Shown here: positions 26,168-36,643 of the stretch, in pieces
Layout: every line of letters begins with the position of its first letter
Numbering within the stretch: position 1 is the first letter of the stretch
Assembly: GCA_030704615.1 (NCBI GenBank)
Contig: CM060731.1
Span: 5,456,001-5,520,000 of the forward strand
Direction: 5' to 3'
DNA: 64,000 nt
From: Takakia lepidozioides
Lineage: Eukaryota > Plantae > Bryophyta
Translations under genes and position numbers: made by a program
The notes under the pieces: generated by a model
What the model saw: only the letters and a program-made list of their open reading frames with translations
Databases searched by the model: none
Told to the model about the DNA's origin: nothing

Positions 26168-26415
26168 CAAAGTCTCATTTGGATCCTTTTGTTGTACAGT
26201 TCTGAAACACTTAATGAAAATATTGACGATTTCAAAAATCATTGTGTTCAGACTGTATGTCCGATTCCCTACATTTCTTCCGCCAACCACAATGTAATAA
26301 TAAAAGCAGAAGAGACGCAAACTTAAGTAAAGAACCCTACAAGTAATTTTTGCACACCAGCGAACCGCGAACTTGAAGCCATGAAAACCCTACCATTTCT
26401 AACATTCCTATTGGG

Positions 26416-26700
26416 AATTTCGGCGCCGAAATAGCCCAGTGTGCGCCTTCATAATATGGGCCTTATAAAATTCCATGAAGGAATTACTGCACCAAAATAT
26501 CACGATGAAAGCCTTCAGCACAAGGCACTTCAGCACATTCCACTTGGGTATTTCGGCGCCGAAATAGCCCGCTTTGCGCCATAAAATACGGCACTATATC
26601 ACATTTCAAAAGGAAATTTCGGCGCCAAAATACCCCGGTGGATGTCTTCAAAACACCACTTTAGCACACTGCTCTTGGGAATTTCGGCGCCGAAATACCA
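26416..26700. repeat. Cluster of palindromic ATTTCGGCGCCGAAAT motifs
   Basis: Copies at ~26417, 26550, 26616, 26681 and a degenerate one at ~26485. Confidence 0.8.
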
Positions 26701-27169
26701 AGGTCGGTGGTTTTAGGACGGCGGTGGTTTTAGCACAATTTATTCCCGTAATGTCGTGGCACCTTCTCTGTCAAGCCCCTTCTAGCCCTAGTCATTTTCG
26801 ATCGCTTGTGTGGGTAGCCGTTGCTGGCCAATGGGGGCACGTATTGCCGTTGCCCCAGAGAAGATCACCTGAGAAGGTTTTCCGCATTGGGTTTTCAATG
26901 TTTGCATCTCCGTGTTGAAAAACAATAGTGATTACTTGTCCCTCTCCATTCCCGGTGGGCGCACACTTCCTCAATGCCGCCTTGTGTAAGTGCCTTCTGC
27001 ATTCGACGGAGCGGGATTCGAGGATCGCGATTGCGTGAGCCGGTGATGGGAGACATTATGGTGGAGTTGGACTTCAGTGAAGGTACACGCAGGGTGACGA
27101 GTTTCCGAGCACTTCTCCGTCTCACCATGCCACCGACCTCCAGTATCATCATGCTTGCTCGTGCATGGA

Positions 27170-28502
27170 TTACGACTCAATCCATCTGCATCCCGATTGA
27201 CAATACTGACTAGATGCACCACCTAAAAGTCGTATTCTTGAAGCATAAGTGTCCACCGTGCAAGCTTCCCTGTAAGCTTGTCTGACTCCATCAACCACTT
27301 CAATGGTTGGTGATCCGTGACAAGGGTGAAGAGATTGCCATAGAGGTAGCATCTGAAATGTGCCACTGCCCATACCACAGCTAGACACTCCCCTTCATAG
27401 GAACTATACTTCGCCTCGGCATCATTGTTTGAGTGGCTAGCATATGCCACTACGAACTCTCTTCCCTCATCATCCATCTGTGTGAGCACTGCTCCAATCC
27501 CCAGCATACTCCAATCCGTATGTAGCTGGAAAGGCCGCCCCCAAATAGGCCGCCTCAGAATACGTGCAGAAGTCAATCGAGCCTTGAGTTCCTCAAAGGC
27601 TTCCTCCTGCTCCTCCTCCCACTGCCACTCCTGACCTACCTTGGTCAACTTAGTAAGAGCCTTTGCAATGCTGCTAAATCCCTTGACAAACCGTCGATAG
27701 TAGTTTGCCAACCCCGTGAAAGCACGAACTCTACTAACATCTATGGGGCGTGGAATGCGTGCAATGGCCTCCACCTTCGTCTTTTGAATACCCAATCCTC
27801 CAGGGTATATCATGTGGCCCAGATACTCAATCTGGTTGTGGAAGAACTTGCACTTCCCAGGGTGCAATTTCAACCCATGCGCTCTCAAGCGCTCAAATAC
27901 CACCTAAAGGTATCTCTCATGCTCCTCAACCGTAGTACTAAAGACGATGATGTCATCAATGTAACACCGGGAAAAGTCTAGCCCCGCGAGAATCCTATCT
28001 ATAACCCTCTGAAAATCTGTAGGAGCATTCTTCAACCCAAACGGTAGGAAGCGCCATTGGTACAAGCAATCTTTCCCATGTTGGTCAATCCCCCAGAAGG
28101 TCGTCTTTTGCTTGTCAGCCTCTTTGATTGGCAACTAGTGGTAACCGGATCGCAAGTCCAATGTGCTAAACACCTTTGCATGCCCAATGACATCAAAGGT
28201 TTCCTCTGGAGTTGGCATGGCATATCTATCGGACTTAGTCTGACGGTTCACAGGACGATAGTCCCCACACATCCTTCTTTCTGTCCAATTGCCATAGATA
28301 TCCTTCTTAGCTGGCATCACCGTTGCCGAGGCATACTCCCCGCCTGACAACTCCACCAATCCAGCTTCGAACAACTCCATAGTCCGTGACTGGATCGATG
28401 ACCTCTCCATGTCACTATACCGGTAGGCCTTCGAAAGATTGGCGTGTCACTTGCCAAATCAATACGAATCTCCTGACCCTTCAAACTCCCCAAATTCTTC
28501 AA
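27170..28502 (-). pseudogene. Gypsy A reverse transcriptase and RNase H
   Basis: RMCGDYRPVN, TLDLRSGYH*, FLPFGLKNAP, CYIDDIIVFS, LHTDWS, YSSYEGECLAVVWAV, TDHQPL, DADGLSR. Several TAG stops. Confidence 0.95.
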
Positions 28503-29039
28503 ACCAAAGGCAAAGCAATTTCTATAAGCCCTTTGAAATCACTGGATCCTCCGTCTCTCTCTGCTCCGGTGACTGTAGGTCCAACATCTGGTTCCCAATT
28601 GTCCTCAATGACTGCAACCTTGGGTACATCAGGCTTGGAGATAGGAGACGAATCCTTTGGTTCCTAGATAGCAACCTCTTGGGCCTTGTCCGCCCAATCT
28701 GACTGTGGTGTAGCCTCCACTTGCTCTGCCATAACCACCTTGAGAACATTCATCTGGGGAAGAAACATTCTCAACCTCTTCAAAAACATTGGCCACCTTG
28801 GCCTCCAACTGATCCTCAGTGTATGGCTCTCCCCACTCCTCATACTGCTGCTTGAGAGATCCAAGGACTCTCTCTTTCCGCATCTCATCCCACATCTGCC
28901 ATGGGTGTTTGCACCCCATGGTCATGTGCTCGCCCCCACTCACTACCTCAACCGTCCCGGTTGGCAGAGGGGATACAATACCAAATGGGAGTGCAGAAGT
29001 AGCCACCACTGTCTGCAACCTCCGTTGCTCAGCCATGCA

Positions 29040-29990
29040 CAAGCCAATGACCCATGTCAAGCAATTTAGATCCATTGCTTGACCCAACACATGTCGGCGT
29101 GATGCCTCTGACAGAGCTGGCACAGCTGTAGTGCCCGTGGCAAATCCCATTGCCCGTTCTCGCTCATCTGCATTGGGCTCCACCAATTGTTGTAGCACAC
29201 TGTCCCAAATCAACCCAGGACCATTGTCTCAAAAAGCATGAGACGAGGGAAAGCTCATGAGCATAGGCAAGGCCGCACGTGGCTGCCCCACTCGATTTAC
29301 CACTGCTAGAGGTGGACGGTCATTATGTCGCACCCTCTGTGGTTTCCTCCCTTGGTCCAAAATGCCCTCAACTGTGAGATTGGGTGGCCGTTGAATGGAA
29401 TCGTATGCTCTCTTGAGCAGCTCTGGTGGTGTAAGATTGGTCCACCACAATCGAGGTCGATGCGCTCGTGATCCCACCGCTGCTGCATCCAATAGCACCA
29501 CCGATCCAATCCAAGACCGCACCTGATGCATACTGGCCATAACCCTAGCCCAAGAGTCCCCCATAAGAGGAACATTCTCCAAGATATAGGCTAGAGGTTG
29601 CACTTGCCTCGTCTACAAGTCACGCAACACTCTCAACATCTCATAAAACAAATGCGATCGTGCATCATGCAAGCCGTTCCCATGACATGCGGGAGAGTGT
29701 CATTGGCAAGGCCATCCAGCTATCACCAAATCAATGGCACCATGTTGGTCCAATTTATCCACCCCCAACAAGGTAATGTCTGCTGGCAAGGCCTTTTGAT
29801 ACCCTTGAATTGCTGAGAGAGACAACAACTCAGGATACCGGTGTGTGAGCAAAGCGATGTGGCGCATAGAAATACGCCGAGCTATCTCATCATTCTCTAC
29901 ATATAAGTACTTGCGTACTTTAATCCCAGCTTGCAACACTCCTGCAAGCCCAGTGCTCATGCCTCCAAACAGGTCTAGCAAACAAATCCC
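29040..29990 (-). pseudogene. C5 DNA cytosine methyltransferase domain (DNMT3-like) within the gypsy polyprotein
   Basis: Motif I LLDLFGG, II YVEND, III DI, IV DLVIAGWPCQ, VI ILENV, VIII AHRPRLWWTN, IX ERERAMGF, X RRHVLGQAMD. All in one frame with in-frame stops at 29700, 29613 and 29229. Confidence 0.93.
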
Positions 29991-30128
29991 TGAGTCAGGT
30001 GGTTGCCAGGTAATGGGCACTGTATCCAAAGGAGCTAACTGAGGAGGTCCAGGTGATGTCACTGAACTCCCCTCAATTACCAATGGATAGGCCTCCTGCC
30101 ATGCTTGGTGCACATACTCGTCTGCTAC

Positions 30129-31518
30129 TCAATGCAAATTCCTAACTGTACCCCACAGTGGAATATGAACAGACACATGAGGAAGCAAATCAGCCTTGTA
30201 TGCCAATTGTTTGTCCTCATCAGGTGGTGGCCTATCATCTGCATGGCTATTGCCTTCCAAGAGCTCACCACCCCAAGCCACCACCCCTGAGAATGCAGCC
30301 AATGTGGGCATCATGTTCATATGATCCACCGCTACATTCCCAATAAACCGCACTGGGAGCAGTGTACATCGACCATCCCCTGACTGCCATTCCGGCCTGT
30401 AGGATGCCATTTCCTCCCAAAAGTCCAAAGTAAAGCCCATCGGGTATAACACAGCCCTGCCAACAAGCACATCATAAGACATCGCATCCGTAACAATGGC
30501 TTTAGCTCTCATGATAGAGCCATCTGTAGGATGATCTGGCTGCAATCGAATGAAGAGCTCATGGCGTGTAATCCCTCGTGCCTTCTCTAAACCGCCCAAA
30601 GATGTTTGAATTTGGAAAGGACAAGGCTCCAAATCCGCCTCTGTAAGGCCCAAGCCTGCAATTGCTGCTCTCCCCAACATCAATGGCTGTGCTCTTGAGT
30701 CCAACAAGACCTGCAGTGGCCTATACCTCCTCCCGGCTGGGCCACCCAACTGAAACACTCCATCCTGATTGTCCACCAGGACTACCCCAGGAGTCACCAT
30801 ACTACGCTCAATGGTTGGTCTAGCTGGCAACTCCTGCAACCTTGCAGCTGCCGCTTGCCATGGCGCAGCTGTGGCTGTTTTCACCCTTGAATCCAAGGCA
30901 TCCATGCATTGCACCTGATCCGCTATCCCCGCAAATAGTGCCGATGCATCACCACTCTCACAGAGTGCAGCTGCCAGTCTAAACACTGCAGCTGGCCGCA
31001 TCTCCGACATTGCAATTGTCGTGGTAGAAAACAATGGAGCTTGGCAAATTGCCGTAGCCACCCCCAACAATGTACTGGCTGCACCTTGCTTTGCTGCACC
31101 ACCCAGTGGCATTTCCCAAGCCACACAAACTCTCCCCAATGACACTCGTGGCTCTACTTCTGACACACTTGGGCGAGCGGGTGCCATCGATGGCATAGTT
31201 GGCACTGTCTCAGCCAATGTGAAAGATTGTGGAAGCCTTGTCTGCCGACTTGCTTCCCCTCTTTGTGGATCAAAATCCACATCCACTCCTCTTTGGCTCA
31301 GGAGCACGCGTTGCTGCTCGAGTGACAGCAGCTGCAGAGTCCACATGCAATGGTCCTGCAAGTACGGCTCCACACATGAAGCCCATACCAATCTGGTCTT
31401 CCCTAGGCATAGGAGGTGGTGCAGGTGGGGCTTGAACCTCAAGCCTTGGAGCTGGAGCAACATGAGTAGTGGCCATGGTAGCAAGACGTTGCTCTAGCTG
31501 GGCAAGTCTATCCACCAT
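30129..31518 (-). pseudogene. Gypsy A Gag-Pol linker and aspartic protease
   Basis: VLLDSRAQPLMLG (DSGA-like active site) and SYDVLVGRAVL. In frame with the MTase across one TGA at 30129. Confidence 0.8.
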
Positions 31519-31545
31519 GCCTTGGTCATGACCTTGACCCTGACC

Positions 31546-32889
31546 CTATGCTCCTTGGTTTTGGTTACGACCTCCACCCCGACCTCTGCCTCCTCTACCT
31601 CTCTGGACTATATTGCCTTGTCCTCGGCCACCATTGTTCCCTTGGAACTGGCCTGGCCGTAGCTCAGGATGCAAGCCATAACAATGGGCCTCCTCATGCC
31701 CATACTTTCCACAATGCCCACACTGTAGTTGTATAGGCTGTGCCTGTGCCGGCCCTTTGCCTCTCTCCGGGCAATCCTTCTTGACATGGGATCCTCCACA
31801 ATCCCAACAAGTCACACCCGACTGTTGTTGGCCTGAGAATGAAGGAAGAGACCTCTGCATCTGAGATCCTCTCTGTCCTTCCCTCGGCTTCACCTGAGCC
31901 CCCTTGTTGCCTTGAGCATGTTGGGGTAGTGGTTGTTGTTGGCTAGGAGCCCCACTTCGTTGTGTCTCCTTACCAAATCCCACCATGACCACTCGCTCCT
32001 CCACCATATTGAGCTCTATCCGCTCTGCCAGCAAAAACACATTTGCTAAGGTGGGTTGGTCCACTTGTAGGAGAGTTGCATCCCGCACCCTTCTCCTCAA
32101 CTCCTTGTCCAATATCCCATACCAGAATTGGACTGCTTGAGCTTCCGTAACCCCTTGGGTTACATTTATCAGTCGCCTCATGCGTGTGTAAGCCTCCCTC
32201 AAACTCTCAGTAGGCTCGCGCTGGAACTCTTGCAAGCTCCGCAATTTCTCCGTCCTTATCCCCTGGTAGTTTCTCCTCAACTCCTCGAAGAACTCCACAA
32301 CTGGATTAAAGGCAGGCACGAGTGTTGGTGCTGCAGCAGGAGCTTGGGTGGACTTCCTAGCTCCTGTTCCACTTAACGTCCCACTGCTGCTTGCAGTAGC
32401 TGCCGGTGTCACCACTGCCCTTGTGCCTCTAGTGATGGAGACATAGTCAGGTGACCAATACACCCGCCATTCCTCAATCTCCACCTCATGTCCCTGCCTA
32501 AACTCATTGTAGTCATCCATGGGCGGCCCCTCAAGGTGCTGAAACAACCCCTTCCACGCCATAAAAGGCGTAAACAGTTGTGGATTGCGCATCTGCTGCA
32601 AATCACACCAACTATCAAACTTTTGTATGAAATCATCAAGCTCGATGGTGCCCACAGCTCCAGAGTACCGACGTGGCCCCATGGTAGCTCCATACATTTC
32701 CTCCATCGTATCCCACAACAATGGCACGGAAATGGCTTGCACCCATGGCGAGAATCCTCCTAACTCTGAGTCTGAACCTTCCTCAGAAGACACTAAAGGT
32801 GAAGGTGGCCTAAACTGCACACCTCGTCTTGTATACCCACTAGTATCGCTGGTGCTCGTACCGGCACTCTCCTTAGCAGCTGGTGGCAC
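31546..32889 (-). pseudogene. Gypsy A Gag
   Basis: LQEFQREPTESLREAYTRM (major homology region-like). Zinc knuckles CWDCGGSHVKKDC and CGHCGKYGHEEAHC. RG-rich tail; the TAG at 31546 is probably a mutated CAG. Confidence 0.85.
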
Positions 32890-33570
32890 CTCCGTGATGA
32901 AAACTCACAACCACACCTGTTGTAAACCTGTCTCTAATCCCCCTTTCCACAAGGTAACCGGGTAGAGAATCTGTTGCACCTTATGGCTTAGACTACTAGG
33001 TTTGTAACATAAACCTGCACTTGCATCCACCGCAAGCACTCATATGGTCTGCTAGTCATCAACCCAGCCTCACCATAAGAGAAACAATGATGGTCTGACT
33101 GGTCATCACCCCAGCCTCACAACCGACAGCATGCTCTAGGATTGGCCGGTGATCAAATCCGGACCAACCTCCTATGAAAACAAGCGCCCACACAAAATTG
33201 ACATGGCGCACAGTCAAGCATGCAGGTGTGGGGGGGATCCAAACACAAGAAAATCAAGACAGTAACTCCCCCACACACAAAAAAAACACTCCACAGTGTT
33301 GCTCCTGCAAGGACACCCCAGCCCAAACCCGGACTGACTCTTGCCTCCACCTACGGAAAGGTGGCCTACATAGAGGGTGGAAGACTACGAGGAAAAGAGA
33401 CTAAAGCAATTCCTAATCCCAGAATGCTCTCATCCCACTAGTCTCCCCCTATCTCTAAACGCTCTTGCTCATGACCAACAGACATAACTACCTTCCAGGG
33501 TCTCTCAAATAACTCTCCAAGAGCCCTCAAGATGTCTCTCAAACAATCTCACTAACGCCCCCAAAGCCTA

Positions 33571-33760
33571 CCAAATCTTGGCCCTCAAGGACCCCAAAAA
33601 GTCCTTCAGACAAGTTGCCAAAGACTCCTTAAGCTCGCCAAATATTAGCCTCCAAGGACCCCAAAATAGTCCTCCAAACAGCCCTCCAAAGGCTCCAAAT
33701 GTTTGCCAAATATTGGTCTTCAAGGACCCCCAATAGTCCTCCAAATAGTCCTCCAAACAC
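33571..33760. repeat. Degenerate ~68-bp tandem repeat x3 in the gypsy A leader
   Basis: CCAAATATTGG.C.TCAAGGACCCCAAAA.AGTCCTCCAAACA-like units at 33571, 33638, 33706. Confidence 0.7.
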
Positions 33761-35111
33761 CCCTTCAAGAGCTCTTCAAGTGTCTTACAAAAGCTCCTCA
33801 AAGGACCCCCCAAAGATCCTCCAAAGGCAATACTCCTCCAGATACACCCTAGATGGCATACACTTTTAATGAAAACGTATGGTAGGCAAAGTATCTCCAC
33901 TTGTATCCATACACTGTTCACAAAAGTGTATGGTGGGGCAGAGGGAGCCCATACACAGTTTCTTGAAGAGTATGGAGACTAGGGTTTGTAGAGTATAGTA
34001 AGAAACACCTTCTTCATGGTATCTTCCCCCCTAACATGCATGCAAGATTGCATTATCTTACTTTGCAATGCATTCATCCCAAATTGACAAGTTCCTCTTG
34101 ATCTCCTTTGGATCTCATAGCAAGCTAATGTGCCCAATGACAAGCGCCAAGCCTTGCTTGAATTTGAATTTTGTATGTCATCTTCATATGCTTTCCCTTG
34201 CATGGGCTAGTCACATACACTTCCACCTCTTGACCTAGGTGTTGTCTTCATTCATCATAATATTGTGTATCCACACCTCTATTCGAGAGCTCATCTTCTC
34301 AAACTTGAAGTCACAAGCCCCAAAAAGCATCACTAGAAGCATTCGTGTCTTTTCCGATTCGACTGCATGTCCGCGACCACTCCGGGAACCACTTGGTAGT
34401 AAACGGGACTACTGGAGAGTCGAAACAGACAATGTGGGCCCACGGGGGCATTTCAGACGGCGGACAGAAGTGGGGTCAACGACTCCGGAGTCGTAGCAGA
34501 ATTCCGGGCTATTTTACGAATTGCATAAATACATAAAATTTGAAAAAGCCAAAATTACAAGTGGTTGTAATTACTGCACATGCGACTACAAATTTTCTTT
34601 CCTAATTCGATTAATGGAATAAAGATAATTATTCATTAAAGTGAATATGTAGTCGACTCAACGACTCCATGAACCACTGCGCATTCATTGCACCCATGAC
34701 TCGGTAGCACATTTGCTGACGTGGCTTTCACAAAAAGAGGTAAACAAAATGTGGCCTTGGGGGAATAGATATTTTAATACGTGCTGCCTCCACCTGGCAG
34801 AGACAAGGATGCAAGTACTGCGTCGGACATGGCGGGACGTGGGAATGGAAATCCTGACACGGCAAGGCCTTCGTATACTGTGAGCGCGCGTAGTGGCTTC
34901 TCAGAACGGTGTGACATCGGGGTCTTGGTCATTCATCATTTACAGAATGTGCTGGATGGAGGCACGATGGAGCGCGCATACGGGCATGCCCTTCTGGCAT
35001 CAATTCCCAAGTATCCACGCAAGGTGAGGCTGCTGAATTGGGTTTTGCCCGTCTAGTTTTCTGACAGCATGCTCGAAACGTTCATAGTGCCATTGAGTGG
35101 CATCGCAATAA

Positions 35112-35812
35112 TTTGATGTGTAGCTGCTTTTTCATTTCACAAGTTATGCAGAAGGCGTCACAGAAGAAGATCGCAAAGACGTCAAGGCTGAAGAATATGC
35201 CCTTTGGTTGTGAACTACAATCATATCATGCCAAACCCCATTTTCCCCACGCAGATGAGGGAGACATTCTGCATTTGCGAGTGGGACTTAATTCCTCTAA
35301 ACCCAGCTTGAAGGCAGTTGTGACACCAGAGAAACTGGAAACTACCTCCAAGAAAGTTGAAACTCGCAAGATAGTCATGTATTCGTCTCATTATCTCCAA
35401 CTGGGATTCCGAGTTATCATCCGACCCTTTACATGTGCGCTGGAATGGAGTATAATTCTGGTTTAGGCAGTTATTGCCACCAGACGTTCGCTTCTCCAAT
35501 TTTTACATTTAAGGATGTGTCTGTGTTTATGGCACTCTTTCTCCCAAGGAGGCCTGAGTACCCCCCTGTACTTGCAAGAATTTGATGTGTAGCTGCTTTT
35601 CCCTTTCATAAATTATGAAGAAGCAGTCACAGAAGAAGATCGCAAAGAGGTCAAGGCTGAAAGCGTTCATTAAGGTTGTGAACTACAATCATATCATGCC
35701 AAACCAGCGGCGGCAGATGGTGTCATGAGACATTCTGCGATTTGCGCATAGGTGGACTTAATTTTGATGTTGACTTGAAGGCAGTTGTGACACCAGTGAA
35801 ACTGGAAACTAC
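35112..35812 (+). repeat. Diverged direct duplication of ~230 bp (35112-35345 and 35580-35812) inside the CACTA
   Basis: Shared TTTGATGTGTAGCTGCTTTT..CACAGAAGAAGATCGCAAAGA..GGTTGTGAACTACAATCATATCATGCCAAACC..GAAACTGGAAACTAC. Confidence 0.85.
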
Positions 35813-36643
35813 AGGTTAGATGATGGCGTGCTGCATCGCGACATAAACCTGCATTTGACATTCAGGCTTAGGATTCATGCAATTTGGTGCTAGTCAGGCC
35901 TGCACAGTTCCAGAGCACAAGTGGGAGCCCATCCGAGGGATGGGGACCTCGTAAGTGCTTCTTCATTTTGTACTCACCTTGTTTTTGCATCGCACTTGTG
36001 CTACAAGGGGCAGAGCCATTCATTTGGCTGGAGTTCAATTCCTCTACAAGTGAGCTATTCTCGTGTCACTACAATCAGTTAGATGTGTTTAGGTGGTGGT
36101 TGCTGGATTTGCGGCTCTGGGGTGTCTTGCCAAGTGCTTGCAGGGATCAACGTTAATGTGGACGTGGCAGTACATGTAGCAAAAAAGCTCATTCGCTGGT
36201 GAAGAGACCATGTTGCAACATATGTCATGCTATTGCTTCGAGAGTGCTGCTGTTGGGCAGGTGGGAGAATGCAACAACGGTGAGAAGGAAAGCAAGGGAA
36301 GCACAAAAAGGTGTCGTTCGGTCCTGCTCCTTTGGAGACACCCCCCATTCCACTGGTCTTTGTTCCTGGAAAGCATGCAGCTGGGCCAGAAAATGCATGC
36401 ACACATTCACGTCTACTTCCCGTACATGAAGACGATCCTCTCCTCACATGTCAGAAACAATATTGGCAGAACAAAAAAGGTTTGTTCACAAGACAGTACG
36501 GACCACATACCGGGACATTATCGATACTATTAACTGTCTCGCCCTTGCGCGCTTGCAGGACTGTACAAAATGGGTTCTAAGGACAGTAAGAGTCCTTAGC
36601 ATAGCTCTCGTCTATGAGCTGCTGGCTTAATGGACACTGAGAT

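Larger units (their letters stand above)
18782..27115. mobile_element. Large Mutator-like (GCM/SWIM) DNA transposon; left end present, right end lost
   Basis: Starts abruptly in the L1 RT with GGGGGGTTGCTATTCCATGAGC and CATGAG-rich subterminal repeats. The CGGCGCCGAAAT motif recurs from 19050 to 26700. Contains a transposase (-) and an MTase-like gene (+). No matching right TIR found in the window. Confidence 0.65.
27116..34330 (-). mobile_element. Ty3/gypsy LTR retrotransposon A (Gag-PR-C5 MTase-RT-RNaseH). Integrase and 3' LTR deleted; 5' leader continues at 47438-48437
   Basis: Domain order read from the ORFs. The leader is split by a CACTA insertion with TSD CAT. LTR and PBS limits not resolved. 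Confidence 0.85.

Noticed and set aside
26752-27110. 3' LTR of gypsy A or B (begins TGT)
   Set aside because: No similarity to either element's 5' region and no polypurine tract.
29040-29990. Bacterial contamination or a restriction-modification system
   Set aside because: The MTase is in frame with retroelement protease and followed by RT, there is no endonuclease, and the surroundings are spliced plant genes.
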